This document shows, piece by piece, positions 1 through 12,032 of a stretch of 49,490 nucleotides of DNA. The notes under the pieces are model-generated. The model was not told the DNA's origin. It saw only the letters and a program-made list of their open reading frames with translations, and made no database searches. Position 1 is the first letter of the stretch; the number at the start of each line of letters is the position of its first letter. The stretch is taken from NCBI GenBank assembly GCA_002104905.1, contig MCFE01000655.1, positions 1 to 49,490 of the forward strand, given 5' to 3'. The position numbers and the translations under genes were made by a program. This DNA comes from Basidiobolus meristosporus CBS 931.73. Taxonomy: Eukaryota; Fungi; Basidiobolomycota.

Positions 1-767
1 TGGCTCTTAATTCTGCGGATCAGACAGAAAATTCTAGTCTTATTAGTAATGATGGCCATATCGACGTTCAATTTTCTTGATGGGTTATCAACAACATATA
101 CAATTATAGAAGTAGCTGTATTTGCTCATTTGCTCGGATGACTTTCGAGGTTCTTTGTCCGCACAAACGTTCATAGACATCGCCAAGTTTGGATAGTCCC
201 CTCTTTCTAGCCTATTCCATTTACATCCGTAGCATTCATGAACCATCCATCATGTGGCTAAGGTCGATTCTGTGTTGTCACAGCAAGAATAGAACTGAAG
301 TGTGTCAGTGACTGCTAGAACAATGGAGCGATGTATGACAATGACTGCTAGATTAATGAAGAAAGATCAAAACTTGGGTGTGACAAGCTGAGTGTTGTAC
401 TCTCCAACTTGAAGCTTATACATTACCTCGGATAACGCTAGTAAAGCATTCCTTGGAGCAAACAAATCCTGGAATACGACTGTTGCCAAGTACATTAGAA
501 TCAATAGCAAAACTTGACACAATTCTGCCATCGGAATATTGGAATGAACTCTTTCACTTACCACATCAAAATGAAATTCTGATCAAATCGCTGGATTGGT
601 TTGTTATGCAAGAAAATAACTTGATAAAAATCTATACTCCGCCAGTGATAACCCGTTTACACCTACCAACTTTGCATTTTTAGTGACAGCTTTAGCCTAT
701 TTCCAGTCTAAGCAATTATTTAGCATCTAATTATCCATATAATACAAGGTTACACTTGATGAATATC

Positions 768-1165
768 TTAGAAATCAAATGTTCGGACTGAGAAAGCAGT
801 CAGCATGACGACAGTAAATAGCGCCTCGACTAAGATGCCAGTTTCTTGATATGCAAACTCAGGAGTGAGTACAGCGGATGCTGGATGGCCTCCACCTATG
901 CCAATTCCAAGAATGAAGCACCAAAAGCCAAGGACAGCAATCACGTTCACACCTTTCGCCCACGAGCCAGTAACAGCAAATAGTAGCAAAAATAATGATG
1001 ATCAGCTCTGAACCATACATCCTACTTCCAAGCCAATCGCCGAGGTAGCCAAGCAGTAGTGGTCCAATCAATGTGCCAAAAGTAGTAGCCCCTTTCAAGG
1101 GCCCTTTGTACTGGTTGGGTATTTTGTTGTTGTTGGTATAATAGACGTAGCCAATCAATCATGGG
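768..1165 (-). pseudogene. PHO84: Degenerate fragment of a PHO84-like MFS inorganic phosphate transporter
   Basis: Overlapping minus-strand frames read (P)MIGYVYY...KGATTFGTLIGPLLLGYLGDWLG..MYGSELIIIIFAT and then GFWCFILGIGIGGGHPASAVLTPEFA. This matches the PHO84 pattern PMLGYVYW / G..GQL.FG.L.D..GR..MYG.EL / WR..MGIGIGGDYP.S...SEFA. There is a 4-nt duplication (CAATCAAT at 1152-1159), a frameshift near 975, eroded motif residues and an early stop at 768. Confidence 0.8.
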
Positions 1166-3327
1166 TACTTTAGTATGCTCAGATACTAGAATATATTAGG
1201 TATTGAGTTGATGAGGCAGTTACTGTAAACAACTTTCTGTCCTAAAACTGGGAGTCCATAAGTGATAAAAACACCATCTATGGACGTCAAAGTTTTAGTG
1301 CTACAGCAACAAGAGATTTTGGAGAGATTTCTGATTGGAACCCTTTGGTTTATGCTTCATCGCTGGGTTGTCAACAATGATTTTCTCTTGTGGTAAAATA
1401 CCGGGTACGATGCCTTTGTCCTGATAAATTTGGCTACCGTGAAAAGTAATCAGTGTGGCATCGGATTATTTATGAAAGGTGGTTTTACACTTGGTCCATA
1501 TATTTGCAGTTGATTTCTTGAGTTATCGGAATCAATTCCCTAGTGTTATGATGATTTTGGTGATACTGGATGTGATTGGGAGATCCAGTAGAATGTTTGG
1601 TTTTCATTTCATGATTGATTGAATGTAAGAATTGTATTCACACTTTCACAAGATTTTGGAAATAGGAGCATGTGGAATATGTCAAAGATGGTCACACGTG
1701 CAGCCAGAGGGTTTGGTCAGGGAATGATTCAGCTCTTTGACTAGGATCTGAGTGGCCATATTGATGTAAATATGACATCGGCAACATCAAGCGCTTTTAT
1801 AACACTCTAAACACAGAAAAGACTATTTTACCAATTGCTACCAAAGTTATATAGAGTATTTCAGTACACATGGAGTCTTCAATCAATAACGCATATCTTA
1901 CATATTAACTCTCCAACAAGTAGAGCTGGGTAATGGAAACAAATCCAAGAAAACTTGAGAAAGGCTTAATATCTGCTACAAATAGAATTGAAGACACGAG
2001 GATCATTTGAAACAGTTCTTCTTGTAGAGCATTATAAAAGTAAAGAGTGTGCGTGGTGGGAGATCCAGGTTTCTGAAATTGTTTAGCTTACCACCGGATT
2101 AGTGATAAGTCTTATACTTCGACTATAAGTGAAGTCCTGGAAGATCCTAAGACCCATTCTACAGCTTTCTGAGGCTTTCATCTTATTCTTTTCATTAGCT
2201 TGGCAAAGCTTACCGAAACATAAAAAATACTTTATTTGAACTTGATAAACCAACTAAATAAATCGTACAAGTCTTCAAGCTCTACAGACCACCTCCAATA
2301 CTCGCCAAAAACTTGCAAAAAATGTTTGTTTTGGGTCATTTTCGCAGGTTCGAAACTTTTGGCCACTCCCAACATTTGGTATTCCAAAAAATAGTCAAAT
2401 CCATGGCAATATGCAATAGTTCAGTAGATTGGTCAAGTGTAGAACCATAGAATTAGAACAATTGCATGCAATGCTAATTATCTGCCACAATTTCAATATT
2501 CCAAGAGTCTTTAGCATGAAACCTGCCGCCACAATCCATATATCCTCCAGCCAGCCTCTACAGAGAACAGCTCTCCACTAATATAGATATTCAAATGTTT
2601 AAATTAAGAAATATTCATATATTACTGAAGATTTATGGCTCTCTCCCCTCGCAACGATGCCGCTGAAACATGTATTTTATAAAGAGAAGTTTGAGATACA
2701 GGTACACCATACTAAATGAAAGAGAAATATTTAGCTTAGTTCAAAACTTAGAACTCAACCCCCCCAGGAAACCACGATCTTTGCGATGAATAGGCAGAGC
2801 GATATGATATAAACCAGATCCTTACCAAGTAAACCAAAGGTGAAATCTCAGCATATTAATGATTAAGCAAACCAATTGCTTGCGTCAAGACACAGTGCTA
2901 ATTTAACCATACTAGGTACCCATGAGACTCTACTTACACACAGAGGAATAGTAGCTTCTCTGAATGACCATATCTTGGCATGAAATAAGCATTCCTGTAT
3001 TTGTACAGTGATATGGTCGTACTAGGTTTCCCCGGTACCAAGCATTGGGGTGAAGCCAGGTAGGTTGATTTAACAAATGAATGTTGGAGCCAATAATTCG
3101 AACTTTGATCCTCCCTGGCCGAGTAAAGAGAATACATGGCGTAGTACGGGCTCCGTATTATACAAGTAAACACCTGAAGTATTTGTTATGGCGTGCCAAT
3201 TATAGATACGAGTTGTTGCACAGGATAACTTAATATTATAAAGGTGCTGTATACAACCTCCGCTGTTTAAGTTTGCTAAAGTCAAATCACCAGCATCGTT
3301 TAGCACTGCAAATAGTGGCCAAACACC

Positions 3328-5080
3328 ATGTCAGCCAATACCAAGCGGAAAGCTAATCCTCAGGAGGAAAGAAAGGTGTCCAACAACGGAGCCCTCTATC
3401 GGTTCAGTAGCCTCAATCCACAAACCACTCGCTTTGAATTTGGCGGGCCTTGGGGAGCTTCAGCATTGTTGTTGGTTATGCCTTTGCTGACTCTTCACTT
3501 TGCTTATGAATGTGATGGGATCCATTCGTGTACTTTCTTTCCAGAGCTTGGCCAAATGCATTGGACTTTCGAGAACTTAATCGACTACCAAGCAATTCTT
3601 GCTTATTTGGCGTGGGTAGCATACCTAATTGCTCTATTCCACCTACTTCCTGGAAAAAGTGTAGAAGGCACTACTTTACGAACTGGAAAGAGATTGCGAT
3701 ATAAGCTCAACGGTGAGTTGCAAACTAGCCGCCTATTTAGTGACCATCCCCTAACCACCCCTCTTATCGGTACATTTATAGGACTCAAAACGTTCTATAC
3801 TACTCTGGGCCTTTGTGCTGGGGTAGTAATTACCTTTGGACATAGTCCGTTTCTATTCATTCCTAGACATTTCTTGGGAATCGTTTTTGCGTCAATCCTT
3901 TTCTCCTTCGTCGTAGGATTCCTGCTCTACGCCAAATCGTTCGGAAGCCAGGCGCTGTTGGCACTACCAGGGAACTCCGGCAACATGGTGTATGATGTGA
4001 GTAATCCTATCCGATGCATCCCTGGTGTCTCACCAATTCATACTATATCGTAGTATTTCATAGGTAGAGAGCTAAACCCACGTCTGGGTGATCTGGATTT
4101 GAAATGTTTCTCTGAGCTAAGACCTGGCCTTATTGGCTGGGCTCTCATCAACTTCTCGTTTGCTTGTCAGCAGTACGAGGTCATGGGCCGGGTCACCAAC
4201 TCCATGATCTTGGTGAACCTGTTTGAGCTCTGGTATGTCTTTGATGCCATCTACAACGAGCCCGCCATCTTGTCCACCATGGATATCACCAGTGATGGTT
4301 TCGGCTGGATGCTAGTATGTGCTGATTATTCCTGGGTGGGTCTAAGCGCATTCTTAACGACGTAGAGGCTGCCGATTGACTAACCCTTCACCGATATCAG
4401 GTTCCCTTGAATTACACCTTGCACACACGTTATCTTGCAGTTTATCCAAATGACCTTGGAGCGGTTGCAATGGCTGCGATCCTGACTCTTCACTTAGGAA
4501 GTTATTATGTATTCCGTGCTGCCAATAGTCAGAAACATCAATTCCGTCACAACCCAGAGAGCGCCGATGTACAAGGTAGGCCAGGGTGCTCTATATCCTG
4601 TGGTTCCTCGATGGTGGGCACGTGACAGGGCTATGAACTAACGGACGTTTAGGATTGAAGTATCTCCAAACGCAGTCCGGATCCAAGCTTCTCATCTCCG
4701 GTTATTGGGGAGTGGCAAGACATATCAATTATCTTGCTGACTGGACGATGTCGTTTGCGTGGAGCCTGCCATGCGGTATAGTAGATATTCACACACACAC
4801 ACACCACCCCAACTCCTCTGTAGCTAACCACGACACATGAACATTGTGCTGAACCTAGGCTTCGGTGGCTTGTGCCCTTACTTCTACCCTATCTATTTCG
4901 CCTTTCTACTTCTCCACCGGGAGGGCCGTGATCACGAAAAATGCCACGCGAAGTACGGGAAGGACTGGGAGAAATACTGCAAAATTGTGAAGTGGCGGAT
5001 ACTCCCAGGTGATGGCTGCCATGACCCTTGAATCCACAACGATCGATGCTAACTCGAATGCCAATCTAGGAATCTATTAA
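3328..5080 (+). CDS. ERG24: Sterol C-14 reductase (ERG4/ERG24 family), 7 exons
   Basis: The exons join through six GT-AG introns. Motifs: [52 protein letters not shown] and [36 protein letters not shown]. The last mini-exon (GA ATC TAT TAA) ends at 5080. Confidence 0.93.
4790..4804 (+). repeat. (CA)n microsatellite in ERG24 intron 5
   Basis: Run of CACACACACACACAC read directly. Confidence 0.8.
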
Positions 5081-5271
5081 TGATCAAGCGGAAACTGATT
5101 GGCGTCGGTGTATCTTGGTGGAGCAAGCCTGACCAGGTTTCACGTATATGCGTCAGTTGATTTGAACTGAAGCATCAAATAAAGTATAATCAACCAACTA
5201 CCCATTGAACATTTGCCAAAACAGCGCAGCTATTTCCGCAGGGAAGTTTGTCCGGCTCAGCACTAGCTCTG

Positions 5272-6480
5272 CTAAGGGTGGGCTTGTTCTGGGTGCACCA
5301 CCTCCCTACCATTGATCTGGCGTGGAATAGCTGCCTTCGTGTCAGTAGGGAAATGAACATCTGGCCAACGACTTGTGAGCCTAGCTTGCCAAGCAGGATA
5401 AATAACGTAAAAATGCTTCTCTGATCAGGGTTGATTACACGACTCTAATGAGCCGAGTGAAACCCATTCCGTACGATCAGCTTGTTTGAGGAGCGGTGTT
5501 GTGGTTGAGGGGAGCTTGGTGGAGAATGGTAAATACCTAAACGTAAAGTGATGACTGCCACTGCATCAAGCCAATAATCCTCCACCTCGTCTTCAGGGGG
5601 ACGCCATTCCAGATTGGAACTGGATAAGCTCACACACATGACCAAAAGCCTTAGTTAGGTATGGAGCGAGATAGAGCACAAGTGTATCGTGGTGCAAAGA
5701 AAACAGCAATGATTGGTTTTGGCTGGAATACGGTCCCTAAATCAATAGGGCAACTATATATGCTTGGGTCTCCGTTGCGAGGATTTGCTCCGTTCTTCCG
5801 AGTGCGAATATACAGTGATGATTATTGAGCTGTTATATGTGGCAAGCTCAATCACAGCAATCAGTAGTGGTACATTTGATTCGCACTGATAGCATGTAGC
5901 TCAGACACACCATTTACTCAGATTGCGGAGCCCCCTCAGAGCAGTGGAAGTAACCCACGGGACAGTAATTCATTTCAAAAGATGCAAGGTCAGTATTCGC
6001 GTCAATCCACTTTCCACGGTCGTCGTCCACGGCTTCCTCAGAGGAATTACTGACACAATTGCACGGGTTGAACGCGTGGAGCAAAGTGACACAAGCTTTC
6101 AAGGTTCACGCACAACGCAACGTTACGCCAAATATAGACCCATAGCACTATCAATGGCCAATCGTAGCTGGCGGGTCAGTATGAGTTAGGTGGCATCCAT
6201 CCTGCGTGTGACAGATTAGAATTGCGTCTGCTTCAGATCGGGATTTTCAAAAGATCACCTGCGACTTCTACTCAAATAGATCCCAGTGAGTGCGGGGCTT
6301 ATATTTAGCCGTTCAACCGGATCGAAACAAAGCTTATAACTTATTTGCTGCATATGGAAATCCTGCTGAATTTTAGAGACACCCTCGACTGGGTTGATAT
6401 GGATCATCATATGTCCAAAGGCGACTTACATCAACAATAGCAAGAATGCTCAGCATGGAGCATCCTAAAATCTGGTAAGA
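5272..6480 (-). CDS. Candidate spliced gene or pseudogene of unknown product (5' structure unresolved)
   Basis: Exon 5537-5649 (acceptor preceded by CTAAC) and exon 5272-5420 join in frame across GT..AG 5421-5536, giving LLVMCVSLSSSNLEWRPPEDEVEDYWLDAVAVITLRL-EKHFYVIYPAWQARLTSRWPDVHFP...AHP*. Further exon-like pieces lie upstream (NSSEEAVDDDRGKWIDANTDLASFEMNYCPVGYFHC), but I could not join them without stops. Confidence 0.35.
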
Positions 6481-6942
6481 CATTGTTCCAATCCATCACA
6501 CCGCCGTTAGTGTTATTTGAAGGAACATCCCAGATGCTGATTTCAGAGCGAAGGCTCTTAGAGGGGCTCCCTTATTTAGCAGTCGTGTCACCTAAAATTC
6601 ATCAAACTATCTCTTTAATAGGAGCTGCGAAAAATTGAATATACTGGTTTATGGAAAGATGACAAATACTTGGGGAAAATGAACGATGAACTTGCTATGA
6701 GTCGATTGGAGGAGATATGTATGTGGATTAGTAAGGCAACCTGAGAATCTAAGATCGACTATGGATACAACTTTATTTAAGCTTGTTGACGGAGCAATTC
6801 GACTCAACGACCATTTTTCTGTCACTTCGATATTGTCTCCAGTAGACTCCTATTCTCTAATACACTCCCCACACTTTCAAGCTTTCCTCCGTTCCCTGAA
6901 TAAAACTGCACCCATTGTGTACTCTGTTCGGATATTCTCAAC

Positions 6943-9900
6943 ATGTCCGAGAAAGTACAGATAGAAGGAACAAGCGAAAAAGCTGCACCCACTGATGAGC
7001 ATCCTTTACCCGTGGTGCCCGAAGTTAATGCCAACATAGTATCCCGTATTGTGTTTTGGTGGTTAAATTCCCTTATGCTTAAAGGCTACAAACGACCTCT
7101 GGAGAAAGAGGACCTTTATGATTTGGGTGCTATGTATAACGCTGAAAACCTGTCTACCCGATTCGAAGACTCCTGGAGAAACGAACGGCTAAGACCAAAA
7201 CCCTCGTTGTTTCACGCGCTTCATGTTACTTTCGGAAGGCGCTTCTGGCCAGCTGGCATCCTCAAGTTTCTAGGTGATTTAGCACAGACCGTATCACCTT
7301 TGTTTGTCAGAGAAATCACAAACTACGTGAGTGAGTCTGCTCGACATAATGAGGTTCATGGGGTAGGATACGGATTCGGCCTTGCAATCGGCTTACTCTT
7401 AATCCAAATCTTTGGTACGCTCTGTACACACGCTTATTTCCATCTTACCATGACAACTGGTTTCGCTATTCGATCCACACTAATCACGAATATTTACAAA
7501 AAATCGATGATTCTCTCGGGGAAGGCTAGGCAGACATATTCGGCAGGAAAAGTCACCAATATCATGTCAACGGATACCTCTCGTATAGACATGACCTGTG
7601 GATATCTACAAATGCTGTGGCTAAGTCCAATTCAATTAATCATTGTTTTAGGATTGTTGATCGACACTCTGGGCCCGTCAGCTCTGGCAGGCTTTGCTAT
7701 TTTGGTTATTTTCGGCCCACTACAAGGGTATATCATGCGAAAACTCGCAGTATTCAGGAGAAGAGCAGCAGCTGTTACTGATCAAAGAGTGAAGGCAACC
7801 CAGGAGGTTCTTCAAGGTATCAAAGTCATAAAATTCTTTGCCTGGGAGGAGAGTTTCGGCCAAAAATTGTCTGAGCTTCGTAATCAAGAACTCATCAGTG
7901 TGCGGAAGTTGCTTATCATTCGTGCACTTATCTTTTCCGCTGCATTGGTTGTTCCGGTCTTTGCCAGTATTTTATCGTTTGTGGTCTATTACTTGGCTGG
8001 CAATGAGTTAACGCCTGGTGTTGTGTTCTCCTCCGTTGCTCTATTTAATGTACTACGGCTACCCCTGATGCTTTTCCCTGCTATCATTGGCTTCACCGTG
8101 GATGCCAAGGTCTCCCTTGGCCGCATTCAAGAGTTGCTTCTTGCTCCTGAATTAGACACCCTCCCGCCGATTGAACACAGTGCCGATTTTGGTGTACGCG
8201 TTGAAAATGGTAAATTTATGTGGGAGAGTCCTCCACCCGAGGAGGAAGATCCAAAGAAGAAGAAGAGAAGAATGAAGGAAGAGAAGAAGAACAAGAAAAA
8301 GACGAAAACGAAGTCTGTCAAAAATGATTTGAAGCAAGCCGAAAATAGCGACGAAGGAATAACAGTAGAAAATACTATAATTGATGACAAGAACTCGGGC
8401 GAAGCCAAAGACAGCGCGGCACCATTCCTTCGCGATATCAACTTCTCAATTCCAAAAGGAAAGCTTGTGGCGGTAGTTGGATCAGTTGGAAGCGGAAAAA
8501 GCTCTTTACTTAATGCGCTTGTCGGAGAAATGCGGATGGTTGAGGGTAGCATCACATTTGGAGGCCGAGTTGGTTATTGTCCGCAAACCGCCTGGATCCA
8601 GAATGCCACCTTGAAAGATAACATAATCTTCGGTTTGCCGTTCAATGAAGAGAGGTACAAGCGCGTACTGCATGTATGTGCTCTGGAGCGCGATTTGGAG
8701 GTGTTGCCCGGCGGTGACTATACCGAGATTGGTGAACGTGGTATCAATCTATCTGGCGGCCAAAAGCAACGTCTAAATATCGCTCGTGCAGTCTATTTCG
8801 ATAGTGATATCATCTTATTGGATGATCCCCTATCTGCAGTTGATGCACATGTTGGTAAACACTTATTTGACAAGTGTATTGTGGGTGAGTTGGCTGGCAA
8901 GACACGTTTGCTCGTTACTCATCAGCTGCACTATATTCGCCATTGTGACTATGTTCTCTACTTAAACGATGGCAGGATTACAGAGCAAGGCACGTATCAA
9001 GAACTTATGAACAACAACAACTCTTTCGCCAAACTTCTACAAGAATATGGAGGAATTGACGAGGAGGAGGAGGAGGAGGAGGGAGGCGAAAGGGACGCCG
9101 ACCAATCTTCCAATAGCACTATTATCGATGAAAGTCCTAAACCTCCTGTAGTGACTGAGGTGCCTACAAAAGGAGCTGCTGTAGCTGCTGTCCGTGCACC
9201 TGGCTTGATGACTACTGAAGAAAGGTCTACTGGTGCAGTCAATTCAAAGGTGTATATGCTGTACTTCGCCGCTGGTGGTGGCCTTGTTGCCCTATCTGGG
9301 ATTATTGTATTGCTAATCCTGACGCAAGTTGTTCGCGTTGGAAACGATCTGTGGCTGAGCTACTGGTCTGAGGAAAAGTGGGGCCTATCTAAACAGCTCT
9401 ATATGGGTGTTTACGTTGCCTGGGGTGTTGGACAATCTATATTTATGCTCTTCTTTGGTGTAAGTGTGGCCATCTCCGGAATTATGTCAGCAAGAACTCT
9501 TCACAACAACGCAATCGCCAGGGTCTTCCGTGCTCCAATGTCATTTTTTGATACTACACCACTAGGTCGTATCATTAATAGATTTAGCAAGGATATCGAC
9601 TCAATTGATAATTTACTGGCAGATTCATTCCGAATGTTCTCTAACACCTTAGCAACTACACTTGCTACTTTTATTCTAATTTCGGTTATTTTCCCAATGT
9701 TCTTAATACCCCTTGTTCCTCTCCTTGTTATCTACTATTTCGTGCAACTATTCTATAGAGCTACTTCTAGAGAAGTGAAGCGATTGGATTCAATCTCACG
9801 TTCACCTCTTTACGCCCATTTTTCGGAGACTCTAAATGGGCTGGCGACTATTCGTGCTTATCGCGTCCAGGACCGCTTCACTCGAACCAATGAGAAGTTC

Positions 9901-10989
9901 ATGAACGGGAACAATCGCCCTTACTATTTGAGCATTTCGATTCAGCGCTGGCTTGGTGTTCGTCTGGAGACCATTGCGAATATACTTACATTCTTCGCTA
10001 CGGTTTTCGCAGTTCTAGCTCGTGGAAAAGTAGCACCGGGCCAGGTTGGTCTTGTACTCTCATACTCTCTCCAAGTAACCGGTGTGTTCAATTGGTGCGT
10101 ACGACAAGCAGCTGAGGTTGAGACCAATATGAATGCTGTTGAGCGAGTGGACCATTACATTCATAACATAGAATCCGAAGCCGACCTAGTAATTGGGGAT
10201 AGGCGCCCCGAACCCGAGTGGCCTCAAAGAGGAGATATTGAGATCAAAGATCTAGAACTCTCTTATCGTGAAGGCCTTCCGCCAGTGCTCCATGGAATCA
10301 ATCTCAGCATTACAGGTGGTGAGAAGGTTGGCGTAGTGGGGAGAACCGGTGCAGGCAAATCTTCTATCATGATAGCTCTATTCAGAGTGGTTGAAGCTAG
10401 CCGCGGTTCTATTGATATTGATGGCATTGACATCTCTTCTATTGGGCTTCACGATCTTCGTTCCAAACTTGCTATCATTCCACAGGACCCTGTCCTCTTC
10501 ACAGGAACCGTACGCTCAAACCTCGATCCTTTCAACAATCATACCGACCAGGAACTTTGGGACGTACTAGGACGAGCTGATTTGAAAACCTACTTTTCGA
10601 CGCTTCCCAGTGGTTTAGAGTCGGATATTACAGAAGGAGGTGAAAACTTGTCTGCTGGACAACGTCAACTATTATGTCTTGCGCGAGCAATGTTGACACG
10701 CTCTAGAATTGTAATTATGGATGAAGCCACAGCCTCAGTTGATGTCCAGACTGATGCTTTAATCCAAAAGGCCTTGAGAGTCGATTTCGCTCAATGCACC
10801 GTCCTGACCATTGCACATCGCCTAAATACAGTCATCGATTACGACAAGATCTTGGTGCTTGATAATGGCAATGTCAAAGAATTTGACTCTCCCAAGAATC
10901 TGCTGTCAGATGTGAACTCCGCATTCTATTCAATGGTGCAAGAAACGGGACCGGCCAATGCAGCACTTCTAATGTCGCTGGCAAAGTAA
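6943..10989 (+). CDS. ABCC/MRP-family full-length ABC transporter, YOR1-like, without TMD0; intronless
   Basis: Single 1348-aa ORF with TMD-NBD-TMD-NBD layout. Walker A motifs GSVGSGKS and GRTGAGKS, signatures LSGGQ and LSAGQ, Walker B motifs IILLDD and IVIMDE, plus the ABCC-typical FFDTTPLGRIINRFSKD and IIPQDPVLF. Confidence 0.95.
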   Translation: MSEKVQIEGTSEKAAPTDEHPLPVVPEVNANIVSRIVFWWLNSLMLKGYKRPLEKEDLYDLGAMYNAENLSTRFEDSWRNERLRPKPSLFHALHVTFGRRFWPAGILKFLGDLAQTVSPLFVREITNYVSESARHNEVHGVGYGFGLAIGLLLIQIFGTLCTHAYFHLTMTTGFAIRSTLITNIYKKSMILSGKARQTYSAGKVTNIMSTDTSRIDMTCGYLQMLWLSPIQLIIVLGLLIDTLGPSALAGFAILVIFGPLQGYIMRKLAVFRRRAAAVTDQRVKATQEVLQGIKVIKFFAWEESFGQKLSELRNQELISVRKLLIIRALIFSAALVVPVFASILSFVVYYLAGNELTPGVVFSSVALFNVLRLPLMLFPAIIGFTVDAKVSLGRIQELLLAPELDTLPPIEHSADFGVRVENGKFMWESPPPEEEDPKKKKRRMKEEKKNKKKTKTKSVKNDLKQAENSDEGITVENTIIDDKNSGEAKDSAAPFLRDINFSIPKGKLVAVVGSVGSGKSSLLNALVGEMRMVEGSITFGGRVGYCPQTAWIQNATLKDNIIFGLPFNEERYKRVLHVCALERDLEVLPGGDYTEIGERGINLSGGQKQRLNIARAVYFDSDIILLDDPLSAVDAHVGKHLFDKCIVGELAGKTRLLVTHQLHYIRHCDYVLYLNDGRITEQGTYQELMNNNNSFAKLLQEYGGIDEEEEEEEGGERDADQSSNSTIIDESPKPPVVTEVPTKGAAVAAVRAPGLMTTEERSTGAVNSKVYMLYFAAGGGLVALSGIIVLLILTQVVRVGNDLWLSYWSEEKWGLSKQLYMGVYVAWGVGQSIFMLFFGVSVAISGIMSARTLHNNAIARVFRAPMSFFDTTPLGRIINRFSKDIDSIDNLLADSFRMFSNTLATTLATFILISVIFPMFLIPLVPLLVIYYFVQLFYRATSREVKRLDSISRSPLYAHFSETLNGLATIRAYRVQDRFTRTNEKFMNGNNRPYYLSISIQRWLGVRLETIANILTFFATVFAVLARGKVAPGQVGLVLSYSLQVTGVFNWCVRQAAEVETNMNAVERVDHYIHNIESEADLVIGDRRPEPEWPQRGDIEIKDLELSYREGLPPVLHGINLSITGGEKVGVVGRTGAGKSSIMIALFRVVEASRGSIDIDGIDISSIGLHDLRSKLAIIPQDPVLFTGTVRSNLDPFNNHTDQELWDVLGRADLKTYFSTLPSGLESDITEGGENLSAGQRQLLCLARAMLTRSRIVIMDEATASVDVQTDALIQKALRVDFAQCTVLTIAHRLNTVIDYDKILVLDNGNVKEFDSPKNLLSDVNSAFYSMVQETGPANAALLMSLAK
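9061..9081 (+). repeat. (GAG)7 encoding poly-Glu in the ABC transporter linker
   Basis: GAGGAGGAGGAGGAGGAGGAG, in frame after NBD1. Confidence 0.85.
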
Positions 10990-12032
10990 ATTTGAGTCGT
11001 TTTAGTTTTGATCAAGTCAGGTCAATGGTTAATTTACGCATGTAGTTTCATTAATTGAGTGTTTTTCGCCATCCTGTATCCAACGAGATGGGTCATTTTG
11101 TCGACCGTAGCACTGTATCAATAAATGTATTTATATATATGGCTAGTAAGTGAGATGTCCATCACTGGCAGCAAGCTGCTCATTAATCTCGTGATTGGCT
11201 CGAATATTTTTCATAGCTGGATAGGGCGAGAAGCAAGATATGCAGGATCAGCAGCTTTTACTGGACTGACTATTGGTAGGTGGGATGATCAATGAATGCA
11301 GGCGTGGCTCTCTGTATGCTGAGACCAACGGAACCAGGTGGCCAACCATAACCCAAAAGCATGTATGATGTACCACGCTATATAGCACTACGGAAACTTA
11401 TTCGTTGATTAGCTTGTGATGATGGAAAGACCTGATGTTTTACATCATGACTAAATTGATGTCCTCGGAACGAAAAAAACCCGAAGGCCCAATCGGGCTT
11501 CACATAAGAGCTTCTGGTGGATTTGTCCTCTGTATGCGGTTGATGGGAGGGAGCAAATTGTATAAGCTTCAGAACCAAGTTGATTCAGGTGCTAATGGCC
11601 AAGAGCCTGGAGAGTTGCATCGTGGATCATGAATTGCTTTTGTCGGCTGCCTTATTGGTTGATTGGTTGAGTAGATTCGTTCTATTCTCGTGTTGGTATA
11701 GTAGGAATGGAAGCACAGTAACCAATGCAAGCGACTGACTTTCGGACTACATAGTGGTTGCATAGGATTCGGGGTTTATTGGGCAAAACCGAGATATTCC
11801 AGATAATTCTCGGTAACTGAGATTCCTGACTTCCCAACTCCGTAGTTTTGCGGCTTCAATCCAGGCCTATTTCCGAATCAGTAGGATGCGTGCGAATGGC
11901 ATCTTACCTATCTGAGCCCCTCGTGCTTATTATTATGGCATCCCCTTTGAGTGTACTGCATGTTTCTTGAGCTAGTATAATATTACCTATCTTCCTCCAA
12001 AACAGCCTTGATACACCAAAATTTTGAAGCGA

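Noticed and set aside
1-700. ORFs 367-564 and 453-683 and protein-like fragments in several frames
   Set aside because: No recognisable motif and many stops. They could be old retroelement debris, but this cannot be supported.
5425-5440. In-frame TGA in one possible exon model, considered as selenocysteine
   Set aside because: An alternative intron removes it, and no SECIS or redox motif is evident.
8127-10127. Minus-strand ORFs inside the ABC transporter (e.g. 8127-8555, 8997-9242)
   Set aside because: Antisense shadows of a long coding frame; the low-complexity F/S runs mirror the K/E-rich inserts.
11470-11500. Hairpin followed by a T-run on the minus strand, resembling a rho-independent terminator
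   Set aside because: Short stem in eukaryotic intergenic DNA with no prokaryotic gene upstream; compatible with chance.
11600-11990. Intron-like GTAAGA...AATAG with a peptide ending ENYLEYLGFAQ* on the minus strand
   Set aside because: No in-frame start could be placed before the NIPA gene begins at 12033; unresolved.
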